From Eledone cirrhosa (Eukaryota), in NCBI GenBank assembly GCA_964016885.1, contig OZ024750.1, positions 24,056,001-24,120,000 on the forward strand: a DNA stretch of 64,000 nucleotides, written 5' to 3'. Below are positions 14,331 to 27,793 of this stretch, piece by piece. Within the stretch, counting starts at the first letter, position 1, and every line of letters begins with the position of its first letter. The notes beneath the pieces are model-generated. The model made no database searches and was not told the DNA's origin. It saw nothing but the letters and a program-made list of their open reading frames with translations. The position numbers and the translations under genes were made by a program.

Positions 14331-14610
14331 TTAAAGCATCTAGCTTGTATCTGGGAGATATGGAGTTTGATTCCTCGTAGCAACCAATAGCAACTTCTTT
14401 TTCCATCATTAAGGTCTTTGTCTTATTTTATAAGCTATCTAATAGCATCTCTGCACACAAGTACATCATTCTTTATATTAAAAGAATTAGAATTTGATGT
14501 GAGTAGGCTGCCTTAAAATTGTGGGCTCATGCCAACTGGCTGGTTACAGTCCTATCTCCACCTGACTGGGTGTAGCATATAAAGTTTTTCTGTTAAATTT
14601 GCAATCTTTG

Positions 14611-14940
14611 AAAGTTAACCTCGGCGGGATTCGAATTAGGGTCTGAGTTCAAATCCCGTCGAGGTTAACTTTGTCTTTCATCCTTACGGGGTTGATAAAA
14701 TAAAGTACCAGTAATGCACTGGGATAATTGCTGGCCTTGTGCCAAAAGTAGAAACAATTACTAGCATTGGTAGTGTTGGAAAACATGCTTCGTGGCATCG
14801 AGTTACGGCCCTTTACGTTCTGAGTTCAAATCCTGCCGAGGTTAGCTTTGCCTTTCATCCTTACAGGGTCTATGAAATAAAGCACTGATAATGCACCAGG
14901 GTCGATTTAATCGATTGTCTAACGTCAGAAACCATTATTT
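14611..14940 (+). mobile_element. Two tandem SINE family 1 copies; the first has an inverted 5' piece
   Basis: B-box gagttcaaatccc followed by gaggttaactttg..ggccttgtgccaaaagtagaaac. Confidence 0.85.
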
Positions 14941-15114
14941 TAATCCAGATCGTTATCATTAGCCATATTATATATTATGAATAATTAATATATGCCAGTA
15001 AAAGCCAAGAACAGAATCCTCTAATGGAATGGCACTAGTAATTTATCAAAAGAGCAATGAACCAAATATAGTGACTTTTTAAAATTGGTTTCAAGTTGTA
15101 ATGGATTAAAGAAT

Positions 15115-15386
15115 CTCCCACTGCAAAGTGGTCGTGGAGGTGCCACGGCAAAAAAGCACCCAGCCCACACTGTAAAGTGGACGTGTAGGCGCCACAGAAA
15201 AAAGCACCCAGCACTCACTGTAAATGAGGTTGGTGTTAGGAAGGGCATCCAGCTGTAGAAATGAAACCAAAATCAGTTCCTGTATGAGCAAGGCATGGTC
15301 AGCCGACCAGACACTGCCCACAACAGGACAACCCGTCTAACCCATGCTAGCATGGAAGAACGGACGTAAAACGGTGATGATGATGA
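15115..15386 (+). mobile_element. SINE family 2 (gttggtgttaggaagggcatccagctgtagaaa core, (GAT)n tail)
   Basis: Core and aacccatgctagcatggaa..cgtaaaacggtgatgatgat tail recur many times in the window. Confidence 0.8.
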
Positions 15387-15435
15387 AACAAATCAAGCAG
15401 ACCATTTGAATCAAAGATTGCTAAAAACAATTTAA

Positions 15436-15630
15436 CCCTTACTCTACTATTGCATTTTTGCGGTAAAGGCTTTATCTTACATAATATCGAATTTACGAGA
15501 TTTTGATGATGACATTATTTATTTTGAGACCAATACCTTAATGTTGGTAGAAGCAGCCAGTTATGGCTGGTTTAAACAGAAAGAGGTGAGAGAATTCTTG
15601 CCGGATACTGCCGGTTTAAATGCTAAAGGG
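15436..15630 (-). mobile_element. piggyBac-type MITE family 1 (orientation B, deletion next to the left end)
   Basis: TTAA|CCCTT..., ends TAAATGCTAAAGGG|TTAA. Confidence 0.85.
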
Positions 15631-16265
15631 TTAAAGTAGCAATGGCTTGATTTAAATTTGTTTTTGGTATAGAAACTCAGATGGGATGATGATGCAACAG
15701 GAGTATGCATGCCAAAAAATATATGGCAGAACATCATGCTGAAGATAGTTCAGTCAAAGCCACCTAAATCACAAGTTGAGTGGTCATTTATTGAAGATTA
15801 ATGAAGACTTTTCGGCAAATCAGTAAAAAAAAAGCATAAAGTAGAGACAGAGGTGTTAATGGTGAGGATTAAATGGTTTTCATAGTGGAGTAAAAGCATT
15901 TGAAGACAGCAGTAATATACTGGTAGTGGTGATGGTTGTGACAGCACTGGGAGTGGTGCCATTGTCAGTGATTGCTGACAACAGTGGCAATGGCGGATTG
16001 CCTTACTGTAAATATGCTTGCCATTCAGTAACAGAAAGCTACTACACTTCTGCTACTGATACTACACGACCAACTGTGAAACAAAACAACAACAGCTATT
16101 TAGTATCAGTTACTTCTATAACTACCTCCTACAAACTAATAAACTATTAGTGACTAATTATAGTAGCTCGTATTAGATGGGGTGGAAAGGAGAATTGAAT
16201 GGATGGACTTATGTAACCTCCTGACAGCTAAAAATGTATCCAATGATAAATGAGTGTGCTTAATT

Positions 16266-16565
16266 ACAAATATATATAATACACAGACATACAAATATAT
16301 ATAATACACAGACACACAAATATATATAATACACAGACATACAAATATATATAATACACAGACACACAAATATATATAATACACAGACATACAAATATAT
16401 ATAATACACAGACATACAAATATATATAATACACAGACATACAAATATATATAATACACAGACATACAAATATATATAATACACAGACATACAAATATAT
16501 ATAATATGCAGACACACAAATATAGGTACATACACACAAATATAGGTACACACACACTAATATAG
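16266..16565. repeat. 24-bp minisatellite ACAAATATATATAATACACAGACA(T/C), about 10 units plus degenerate units
   Basis: Direct reading. Confidence 0.95.
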
Positions 16566-17619
16566 GCACATACATACATACACACATATTTCCTAACTTT
16601 TTGTGTTCACTCTGAGAAGAAATTTATTAATTACTCTCTCATCTTCGATGATTTGATTGCTAATCTGCTACTTGCAACTGCAACTTCAATTATACTCATT
16701 ATTATTATATAAGTATATATATATAAATATATACATAGACACATGCACATACACACAGACACACACATATATATGATGGCTGCAAACTCTGCTAAGAGTA
16801 TTGCAATTGCTTCAGATTACAGAGTTTGGTGCACTTGTAGGCTATGGCCAGCCACACGAACCTGTAACATATCCTGAACAAGCAATGCCTGTGCTTTGAA
16901 GGTGTTTTTCAGTGGGGAAAGGCCTTGCATTTGACCAATCCCACTCTCTGAGCATCGAAAGCAGTACCCAAAAAGGAGAACTGGTCAACATCATCAGATG
17001 CTTCCGAAGCAGCAGGTTTTTTTTCTTCAGAGTTTTCCTTTCTTAGAAAGGTAACAACAACTGGGGGCCTTTCACTCCCAGGTGGTAAAAAACAAAAAAA
17101 AGTACTTTTGGGATGGCTGTTGACTCTGCTGAGTTTCTCTGCACATACATACACACCCATATATATAAATATATACATACAGACTCACAAATATGTGCAC
17201 ACACACAGACATACACACAGACATGTCACATATGTCTACACATATATATGCTTTAAGTGCAGATGATTTGTAGTGGCTAAAAAGAAATAAGTGATGCATG
17301 CTTTGCTGGATGGGTAAAGTTCATGTGTGTGAACAAGAGAGCATAAGTGAACTGAGAGAAAAGTTGAGTATAAGAAGAATTGAACGCATCATGCAAGAGA
17401 GATGATTATACTAGTATGGACATGTGATCTGTAAGGGGAATGGGAGCTGTATAAAAAAAAAAGTGGATGGAACCTGTGGAAGGAGACAAAGGAAGATATG
17501 AGATGAGGTTTTGAAGAATGAACTCAAGAAACTGAACTTCATGTAAGCGATGACACAGGACTGAGCTGATTGGCGAGATCCCATGATCCAAAAGACCTGT
17601 CCACTGGTACAAATGTGGC

Positions 17620-18980
17620 GAGAGAGAGAAACTAGAGGCTATTGAACAGAGACAATATAGGGTTTGAGAGAACTCCTGAATATATTGCAACCTTTCCAGT
17701 ACTGACTGTTACCACAATAAAATGCACCCAGTACACCCTGTAAAGTGCTAGTGTTGGTGCCATGATAAAATACACCCAGTCCACTCTGTAAAGTGGGAGT
17801 GTTGATGCCACAAAAAATGCACTCAGTACACTCTGTAAGGTGGTTGGCATCAGAAAAGGTATCAAGCTTTAGAAAGAATGCCAAATATGGAACAAGTGAG
17901 AAACAGGAGCCTGCTCCGATCCATCTGGTCACAAACCATGACAACCTGTCCAACTCATGCCAGCATAGAAAGTAAAATAATAATGATTTCTACTATAGGC
18001 ACAAGGCCAGCAATTTGGGGGGAGGAGAAAGTCGATTAAATCGACCCCAGTGCATTACTGGTACTTTATTTTATCGACCCCATAAGGATGAAAGGCAAAG
18101 TATGGTGTCTAACGTTCTACCGATACTGCCATAATAATTGTTTATACTTTTGGCACAAGGCTAGCAATTACCAAGTGCACATGGCTTAGTGGTTAGAGCA
18201 TTGGGCTTGCAATCGAAAGGTTGTGAGTTCAATTCTCAGACTGGGTGATGTGTGTTTCCTTGAGCAAGACACTTTATTTCACATTGCTCCAGTTTACTCA
18301 GCTGTAGAAATGAGATGATAGGGACTGGAGCCCATATCATTCCACTGCTAAATGGTCGTGAAGGTGCCACGGCAAAAAAGAACCCAGCACTCACTGTAAA
18401 TGAGGTTGGTGTTAGGAAGGGCATCCAGCTGTAGAAATCAAGCCAGAATCAGTTCCCGTCCCACCCACCCTTGCAAGCAGGGAAAAAGTGGACGTAAAAT
18501 GAAATGAAAATGAAATGATTACTGGTACTTTATTTTATCGACCCCGTAAGGATGTTAACCTCGGTGGGATTTGAACCAATGATACATAAACACAGGCAAG
18601 ACTGTGTATATGTACAAACATAGTTGTGTGATCAAAGAGTTCACTTCACAAACTCAAGCTTCTAAGTTCAGTCCAGCAGTATAGCACACTGGGTATCTTC
18701 TACTATAACCTTGGGTTGACCAATGCCTTATGGCTGGAATCTGGTAAAGAGAAACTGCCCATCATATATATATATATATGTGGCACCTCCACGACCACTT
18801 TGCAGTGGAATGATATGGGCTCCAGTCCCTATCATCTCATTTCTACAGCTGAGTAAACTGGAGCAATGTGAAATAAAGTGTCTTGCTCAAGGAAACAACA
18901 CATCACCCGGTCTAAGAATTGAACTCCCAACCTTTCGATTGCAAGGCCAATGCTCTAACCACTAAGCCATGTGCCTCCAT
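17620..18980. mobile_element. Cluster of SINE family 1 and 2 copies, including an inverted pair (~18177-18370 and ~18780-18974)
   Basis: tRNA-like head catggcttagtggttagagc..gagttcaattc, plus the family cores and tails. Confidence 0.85.
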
Positions 18981-19089
18981 ATATATATATATATATGTGT
19001 GTGTGTGTATATATATATAGATGAAGATTAAAAACAACAAAAACAGTGATACAATTACACAAAGCCTTATTAATTTCACGCTTGTTGGA

Positions 19090-19365
19090 AAAGGAAAAGG
19101 AGTGTCTCAATGTATTTGACATTAGTTGTACATCAGGAACAAAGGAGCTGTAGAGTGAGAGTAGGTAATGAAAAATTCAATGTGCAAGTAGGTGCTTATC
19201 AGGACTCAGTTCACAGTCCACTCTTGTTTGTTATAGTTCTCCAGGCCATAACAGAGGAGTTTAAGGCTATCCATGGGAACTTCTGTAAGGCAATGACTTG
19301 GTTCTTACAACCAACTAGAGTAGAAATTCCAGCTTTGGAAACAGAACTTAGAGTCAATAGGACTT
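19090..19365 (+). mobile_element. Decayed RTE-type LINE reverse transcriptase fragment
   Basis: RVRVGNEKFNVQVGAYQDSVHSPLLFVIVLQAITEEF resembles the GxxQGSxLSPLLF RT motif. Confidence 0.75.
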
Positions 19366-20486
19366 GAAAAAAAGTATGGAATTCTTACCAACTCCTTTTC
19401 TGGATAAAGAACAAAGCCAATTTACTGATGCGGTCATTGTTCTGCTTTCTTTCTTATTTACTAGGGTTTTTGTTTAAGCTAAATTTAGTCTGAAGGCTTT
19501 CAATTCCAGGTTTTACTTCCCTGTCTGGAATTTCTTCTCCAATTCTGCTATAGATTCAACTATAGGAACTTGGTCAAATACCTATATATACACACATATA
19601 TATATATACTCATAGACATTTGTATGTATCCCTATTATGATGATCATCATCATTATGTATATGTGCATGTATGTGTATACATATATAAATGCATATGTGA
19701 GTGTATGGTTCCTTCCTTAATTTAGGCTGGCATTTAGAATTCAAAGTAGCTTACAAATTTTTTTAGAGAATATTTCCCATTCAAGTTGCTTTCAGAGTAT
19801 AATAAGAATTAAAGTGCTCCTTTGATAAAAAGAGAATCAGTTCTAAAGTTTATACTGAATTCTTAGTAAAGTACTTAATTTACCATTATCGTTTTTATTT
19901 TTTTTATTTTAGTGAAATATAGAAGAGCTGAGTGTATGAACAATAATGTCTGATATTTGAAAGACTTCTTTACTTCATGGAAGCCATATTGACAATCTAG
20001 ATAATTATTTTATTCATTAATAAACAACTGTCTTATTATCATAAAAATATTAGCAGAATAAAATATTGGGAAAAATGTCCACTTCTATGAATGCCAATAA
20101 ATTCTCTAAGAAAAATGATCAATTTTACAGTCAACGAAATCACTTATGTTGCAGTATTCAAATGATTCTTTTTGTACTTTCCAATCCATCTTATTCTTCT
20201 TAAAACCTGATGATGCCAGAGGCATGTTCTTGATGATAAAAATAAAATTATGTATTTCATACAATGTCTTATTCCTATACCCAACCCTGAAAATTCATTC
20301 CTGTATTTGAAAAAAACAAAAAAAAAATTTGAAGTCAAATATTTTGTAAATATCCATAAAATAAAACTGAAAAGTATAATAAATCAAAAACATCTTAATA
20401 ATGTTTTAGAAATATCAATATAACTTCCAGGAATTAAAAAAATATATTTGCAATTTGAGATCCGAGAGTCACTCTCGGTATAATAA

Positions 20487-20705
20487 TAATGGTTTCTTAT
20501 ATAGGTACAAGGCCAGCAATTTTGGGGGAGGGGAAAGTCGATTAAATCAACCCCAGTACGTGACTGGTACTTATTTTATCGATCCCATAAGGATGAAAGG
20601 CAAAGTTAACCTCGGCGGGATTTGAACTCAGACCATAAAGGGCCGTAACTCTATGCTGCAAAGCATGGCGTCCGACCCTTTACCGATACTGCCAATCCAC
20701 TGCCC
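20487..20705 (-). mobile_element. Full-length SINE family 1
   Basis: Reverse complement shows A-box tggcagtatcgg and B-box gagttcaaatcc. Confidence 0.88.
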
Positions 20706-20723
20706 AGATAATAATATGAAATG

Positions 20724-22860
20724 ATAATAATAATGAAATTATTGTGTACAGTGCTCAGGTGCACTACAACTCATCAAAGGTGCATGTAAAGTACATAGAA
20801 TAATATACAAATGTCAGGAAAGTGAACAGTGTATGAGTCATGATATACATGTGTGCATGTGTATGGAGGGGGGGGGGATATCAGGTATAGTGTTGGCGAA
20901 TTTCAGGAAGTATGAAGGTTTTAAAGGATGCAGTGTCCCGATAGCTATCAACTGATGCAGGTAGTTTGTTCCATGCTTCAGCAACTCTGAAAAAATGTTT
21001 CTGAAAGTCATGCGAACTGTGCTGTTTTCTGACTTTGTAGGCATGCCAACGTGTGTTAAACACAGGGAATTCAAAAAGGTGCTCAGGATTGTTGTTGGCA
21101 AGATGGTTGATAATTTTGTGGGTGTTTACCAAGTCAGTTGTCAGACGTCGGAGCTTCAATGTATCCATGCCCAGGGAAGTAAGGTGTTCAGAGTATGGTA
21201 GATATCTGATGGAGGGTATTCGCTTGGTTGCATATCTCTGAACAGTTTCCAGGAGCAAGATAGGGGTTCCAGACTGGTGATACAAATTCTAAGTGTGGCC
21301 GCACCATAGCTATATATAGCTTTAAATAGATAGCTGGAGAGCGGCTGACAAAGGTCTTGCTGAGTGATGTCAAAACACCCTCAGCCCTCTTGACAATTTT
21401 AGAGATGTGCTTTGTCCAACCCAATTGCTGCTGACAGTAATGCTGAGGTCACGTTCACAAAAAGACTTCTTGATATTAGTGTTGTGGAGGGAGTATGTGG
21501 ACACTGGGTTTTTTCCTCCTAAAATGCATGGTGGTACACTTGTCCACAGCCAGCTTCAGTTGCCAGTCCGTGATCCATTGCTGCATTGTGTCCAGGTCTG
21601 ATTGCTGGAAAGATCTATAGTGTTCAGGATCTGTCCTTTTTATTTCAAGGTACAGCTTGATGTCATCTGCATATTTCAGCACTGTGGCATTTCTTTAAGT
21701 TGGCATCTATGTCATTAATATATGCCACAAACAAAAGGAGACCAAGAACATATCCCTGCGGTACACTAGATGACATAGGGTGAAGAATGTCCTAGAACCA
21801 TGACTACCTCTCTTCGACTGAGAATCAAGGACTTCAACCAGTTAAAAAGATCATTTATCACACTCACTGCAGAGAGTTTTGCCATAAGTCTTTTGTGTGG
21901 CACAGAATTAAAAGCTTTAAAAAAGTCAAGGTAAACAACATCCACCCATGAACCACCATCAGCGATCCGGGTGATATCTTCAAGAAACTCGATAAGTTGA
22001 TCACAGCAGCTGGAGTTAGGAATAAATCCAAGTTGCAAGGGCTGGATAAGGCTGGGAGAATTCCAGAAGTGCCAGAGTGTTTCTCTGACACAGGACTCCA
22101 TCAGTTTGGCAATGCAGCTAGTAAGACTGACCGGACGATAGTTGACAGTCGACGTGTGGTCACCCTTTTTGAACAGAGGAATGTCACTAACAGTTTTCCA
22201 CTGCTCTAGAGTAGCACCATTGTTTAGACAGAATTGAAAGAAGAGTGAAAGCTGGTGCAGAAGAAAGTACCCACCACGTTTGAGAAGCAGGTACATAACA
22301 CAATCAAGACCAGGAGAGGCATAGTTGCGTTTATTCTTAAGGTCACGTCGCAGCATTTCAAGTGTAAATTCCATAGTTGTTATAAAATTTGATGTCAGAG
22401 GTGGTGGAGATGGTATATTTTGGTTTTCAATAGTAAAAATAACTGCATGGCATTCAGCAATGAGCTCTGTGCATTCTTTGGGATCGTCAGTAATCTGGCT
22501 AGTGTGGGGATTGTGAAGAGGACCAACTGGAGAGTGAGGTCTCTGCTTTGAATGTACATATTTCCAGAACACCTTACTATCAGGGCTGGTTGCTATGCAC
22601 TGTTCAAATTCAAGCACTGCCCTTTTTGTCACCTGCTTGAGATGGTTGGATGATTTATGATATCTGATTTATGCAGTTTATATTCCTATTCAGCATTACA
22701 ACGTTCTTTAATGGCAAGTCGGACTGCTGCAGTCTCCCAAATTGCACATTTGGGATATTTTTTGTGCTTACATGATACTGATGTTGCACATGCTGTCCAT
22801 ATTGAGTTAAGGTTGTTCTGAAGTATAGTGTTCACATCTCCAGACTCATAAAATTCAAGC
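20724..22860 (-). mobile_element. 5'-truncated CR1/L2-type LINE with a frameshifted reverse transcriptase ORF2
   Basis: ASPGLD, IPLFKKGD, NYRPVSLTSCIAKLMES, VDVVYLDFFKAFNSVPH, KYADDIKLY, VRPHLEF..VWNP, LETVQRYATKRI and WNKLP motifs spread over several frames; (ATT)n tail. Confidence 0.93.
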
Positions 22861-22869
22861 CAGTTTGGG

Positions 22870-23200
22870 CGTTGTAGCTTGGTGCAGGAAGAGTTCCAGT
22901 CTGCTTTATTCCAGTCAAAGCATGGAGCTGCTACTTCTCCGAATTGTGAGATTACAGCTCCGATACTCTGGACATGTGGTTAGAATATCTCAGGAAAGAA
23001 TTGCTGGACAGATTTTATGGGCAAAACCAACTGGCAGCAGACCCAGGGGTAGACCCTGAGCAAGATGGTTGCATAGCATACATGAGCTTGGCTGGTCTCG
23101 TTTGTGGATCCAGCTGGATCAGTTGGAGACAGTTGCTTTTGACAGAATCTGCTGGAGGGAGTGTTTGAGGGCTCTGCCCTCATGACCCTTTCAGGGATAA
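22870..23200 (+). mobile_element. RTE-type LINE 3' end fragment
   Basis: QLRYSGHVVRISQERIAGQILWAKPTGSRPRGRP matches the LRWxGHVxR..GxRxRGRP C-terminal motif. Confidence 0.8.
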
Positions 23201-23214
23201 GTGGTGAAAATTAA

Positions 23215-23362
23215 ATCTACCCCAGTGCATTACTGGTACTGGTACTTATTTTATCGGCCCTGTAAAGATGAAAAGCAAAGCTAACTTCAGCAGGATTTGA
23301 ACTCAGAATGCAAAGGGCCCCGTAACTTCATGTTGCAAAACATTGTCCGATGCTCTACCGAA
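23215..23362 (-). mobile_element. SINE family 1 fragment
   Basis: cccagtgcattactggtact..ggatttgaactcag. Confidence 0.8.
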
Positions 23363-23639
23363 AATGATAATCTTCTGTTTGATTCAAATAAACATAAAAT
23401 ATATATACATTAACATATCTCCAGCATTAATGTCCAAAACCTTGCCTCGTTGCCATGTACCTATAATAAATTCTTAAAGAAACTTAGTTCTCTCCCACTG
23501 ATCAAGTCTAGCTTGCCTTTCTCTGTTAGTCATCATAAAAATTTTGTATATACAGACTGAATATAAGAGGTTTGTATTCTCTTATCATTTAGTAAATATA
23601 TTTTGCATGGTGGAGTTTTCTGACCAGACAGGTATTTTA

Positions 23640-24585
23640 GTGGGCTGATTTTGCATATATGAGCAGTTAGGAGAGCAGTTCAAGCCACATACAGAGAGTA
23701 TGTAACAATTTCAGTGAGGAATTCAATAAACAGGTTCATCAGGGATCAGTTCTCCAGGCCATAACAGAGGAGAAGCTACAGAAGAAATTCCTATTGTGGA
23801 AACAGAATTTAGAATCAAAAGGGCTCAGAGTAAACTTAACAAAGACCAAAGCTTTATCAAGTAAGAAAGAAAAACAAGACTCTGATCCCATCAGGGAAGT
23901 AACTATGCTCAATATGTAGAAAAGGAGTGGGTTGGAACTCTATATGGTGTACACAATCTAAACCATGGGTACACAAGAGGGTGCAGTGGAATAATTGACA
24001 GACTAGCAAAAAAGCTAGACTTTGTATGTGGGAGATACACAAGGGTATTTAATAGTAAAAACCCTAGGAAGGCTCCATAGAAGTAGTTGATAGCCTCTGA
24101 TACCTGTATGACCTAATTAGCAATGGAGGAGGTTGCTCTGAAATCCTAGTAGTTAGAATAAAAACAAGACGGAAAACCTTCTGTTAACAATTAATGATTT
24201 CTCTCTACAAATGAACGGTCAGCTGTTGCATGGAAGTGAAACATGGGCAATAAATACAGAGCATATGTGAATGCTGGAGAGAAATGAAGTGAGCAGGCCT
24301 CAAAGGATGTGTGATGATAATGTGATGAGTAGAAAGAAAAACTTTGTATAAGAATCAAATATAGTGTGCAAGAGGGCAAGAGAAAAGACTGTACAGGTAT
24401 GGACATGTGATGTGTATAGATGAGGATTGTTGGGTGAAGAAGTACCAGGAGCTCCTAGTGGAAGGAAATTGTAGTTGAGGAAAACCAAGGAAGACATCGG
24501 GAGAAGTGGTGAGTGCAAATTAGAGGAGATGATGAAGGAATGCAGTAGATGGAGGGAGGCTGTGCTGGAAAAAAAACTCATCCAA
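23640..24585 (+). mobile_element. Highly decayed RTE-type LINE
   Basis: Shares ggttcatcagggatcagt..ctccaggccataacagagga with 19190-19260; decayed GSETW and YGHV-like motifs downstream. Confidence 0.65.
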
Positions 24586-25579
24586 TGCTTATGATAACTA
24601 TATCTCTGCCATCATTTTACTTGAGGAAAATTACTAACAATGACAAGCAGAAAAATGTTCATCTATAAAGTCTTTTCTCTTTACTGTTTACCTTATAAAG
24701 ACATTTATAAGAATCACATACAATGAATCCATATTTTCAAACAGACTAATGTTTCCTCTCCTTTTCTTCGCCCAGTTATTCCTGAGAGAGAGTCATGGGA
24801 GTCCTCAAACACTCCCCCCAGCAGGTCCTGTCAGAAGCAACTGTTTCCAACTGATCTGGCTGGATCCCCAAGCATGACCAGCCAATCTTATGTTCAGGGT
24901 CTACAAGATGGTTGGATAGTATATTTTAAATTTTAATAATTAACAAAACAAATTAGGTCAACTGATTTATGTATTGATAATTGTTATGCCTATAGGAAGA
25001 TTTTACCTTAGACCTTACAACATACAAATTAATCTGCTCAATTTAGCTGTAAATAGATATTGTTCCTGTTTTGTGATTGATTTTATAAAAGATACATAGC
25101 AACAAACTGTTTACAATCCAAAGTTGACATATTTTTAAAACTATTCAACTCATTAACTTGTAAAAAAAAAATTAGAAACTTTTTAAAGTCAAATATGAAG
25201 TTTTATTTCAGATTCTTATAAAATTTGTGTAAAATTCCTCAGAGTTAATAGACAGATCTTATGAGCATATTACAAAACTGGAAGAGTTGTATGGATGCCA
25301 AATCAGTATTCTGTAAGAAAATTTCTGAAATGTTCTTGGGATTTCTTCAAACGAAATTTTTTAGTTTACTTTACATATTCTTAATGGTACTTAAAATATG
25401 TTTTACTAGAATCTAACATTTGTTGCATTTTTATGTACATTTTAAACCAAATAATTTATTTATGCTTTAATGTATTTCCATAATTCTTTTAAAAGTTAAA
25501 AGAAAGCAGTATTTCTATTATTGTCTTTTTGCTTTTTGAATTTCTTGTAGGAGAAATATATATATACTTTTGCCCTGAT

Positions 25580-25696
25580 AAAAATGGATGTCGAGTTATC
25601 CTTATCTCATAGGCCGGAATACAAGTCTCGTGTGATCAAACGGTAAAAATCGAGGTTGGTGTGGCATTAAGTAAAAATCGTCAGCTAAAATGGCGG
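25580..25696 (+). promoter_or_regulatory. Probable CASC3 core promoter/5'UTR
   Basis: Local rise in CpG; ETS-like CCGGAA at ~25614; AAAATGGCGG (YY1-type motif) overlapping the ATG; repeat-poor surroundings. Confidence 0.5.
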
Positions 25697-25794
25697 AAAG
25701 ACGTAGACGTAGGAGACTATCTGAGGAGGAGAGTGGTGAAGAGGTATCAGAGGATTCTAAAGAACTTAAGACGCATGATTATCCTTCAGAATGC
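25690..25794 (+). CDS. CASC3: CASC3/MLN51/Barentsz coding exon 1 (MAERRRRRRLSEEESGEE...PSEC)
   Basis: MA(D/E)RRR start typical of CASC3; donor GTATGT at 25795; phase 0. Confidence 0.9.
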
Positions 25795-27749
25795 GTATGT
25801 AAATTGTTTTTATATCTTTTTATTGATCTTAAAATATATAATATCGGTGTTAATAACCGAAACTTAGTAGCCTGTTGCTCGAGAGATCGGTAGCGTTAAA
25901 ATACCGAGTTGATTAGCTGCTGTCAGTTATGCTTATTTTTTGTGGATCGTAACAGCTTATACAAGGACTCTTACATTCTTGATAAAACTAAGATAATATC
26001 AAGAAATCAATTAAGGTCTAATTAACAATAACTGTGGCTCCTTTGTGTTGTTTATTTCTCTCCAAATTTCCTCTCAGTTGTCATGTATCGTACATGTATA
26101 TTTCCACTACTAAAAGTATCCAGGGTAATAAAGCAAAGCTTGTTCTGTCTACATGTTGGGGCAAGGAAGAAATTGTTGCCTGCTTGTGTACTAGCTACTT
26201 ACTGGAATTTCATTTATACGAAATATGGTGGTAATGATTGTGTATTGGGAGTAAAACATTTCACTGATTGTCTGTTATTTTATTACGGTGAAATCTAACG
26301 TAAATTATAGGGAACAACATGGGACGTATTCAAGTAGGTTTCTCGGACAAACTCTTTCTTTCAATACATCATAGAAGCACCAGTATAAATGCGTTTCTCT
26401 GGCGTTTTGTTTTGTCCTTTGCTTTTTTCTATTTCATTATTCAAAAGAGAAATAAATAAAAATAAGTCGCTCTGTTTTATTAACACTTGCAAGAATGGAG
26501 TCAGCTTCCACCAGTATCAAGAACTCATTATCACTGATAATTTCTTGTGGAAATTTTAGATTTTAGTTCATGAAGTTAACTTTTGTTTTCTTATAGCTTT
26601 TAAATTATTAAGAAAAATCAAATGCTGAACTACGAAAACAATTATATTATAATTTAAGCTAGACATATTTTAAAAAAAAATTCTTTCAAGCTGACTAACA
26701 ACTTGCAGATTTCAATTGTATCTACAAAAGTAACTCCCAGTAATTCCAAGAACACATATTTACATATATAGAATAAAGAAATTGCAAATTTTGTGCTTTG
26801 TTTCTTTGTTTAATCTACAATATAAAGCCACGTGCATACAATCAAACTTCTTGAATTCAGTTCATTTAACCCAATTTAAATATTCACCGATCGATAAATG
26901 ATAAAGTTTATATAAAATCTCTTATTTTCGTTTCTTTTGATGTGAAACTATGAGGCACTCTGGTAGGAACTGTCCCAACAGTCGCCTCATAAAACCTATT
27001 TTGTTACGAAAATACTCATCCCATCAGATGCTTAACATTTTTTTATCATTTATATATTTATGGTTACATTATTTTTCCTACGCCTTGCAGCAGTGCATAT
27101 TATATAAAAGGTCTTTGTATTTTAGGTTAAGAGCTTTTATTTTAATTGCATGTTGTTTCCTAATGTGATTATGGCAATGTAGTGTTGTGTGGTGTGACTA
27201 ATAGATTCATTAATATTTTCGTACAAATTTACTCTTTTTGCAATCTTATTTTATGAAATAGTGTATTTTAGGTTGTTGAATTTTGAAATATCTTCTCTAT
27301 ATAAAAATTTCTTTTACATGTCAACATTTACCATGTTTGATCGAACCCCGTCTAGTTTAATGTTACAACTATTTAGACTTGTATGTTCTTAGCTTTTATG
27401 AGTAATAAAACCGAATCAGTTATCAATGTTTTCCTTCCTGTTCTATTAACACATTATTACTATCAATTTCCTAATTTTTCTTCTATTTTTCAATTTAAAA
27501 CTGTTTAAGAACTAGGATAGCTCTATTTTAATTTTTTAAATTTTATATCAGTCTTTTTCACTTTACTTGTTTATATTTTACGGGAAATTTATATAGATCT
27601 AGTTAATAGGAGTTTGGATAGCTTTTGAATTAACGATCAATGGGCAGCTACAACCAAATTGCCAATCAATTTGGTCAGCACTTAGACCACCTCTGTGACA
27701 ATATTTTGAATTCCAATAAAAACGAAAAATACACACCCATTCTGGAGTG

Positions 27750-27793
27750 TTAATGTGGTGTCAAAAAGGCATTAATGTGGTGTCAAAAAGGCA
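27750..27793 (+). repeat. 22-bp tandem duplication ttaatgtggtgtcaaaaaggca
   Basis: Direct reading. Confidence 0.85.

Noticed and set aside
16154-16587. Three overlapping C/V/Y/I-rich minus-strand ORFs
   Set aside because: Artefacts of the 24-bp minisatellite.
21766-22632. Host gene or active reverse transcriptase
   Set aside because: Part of a 5'-truncated, frameshifted LINE with no endonuclease domain.
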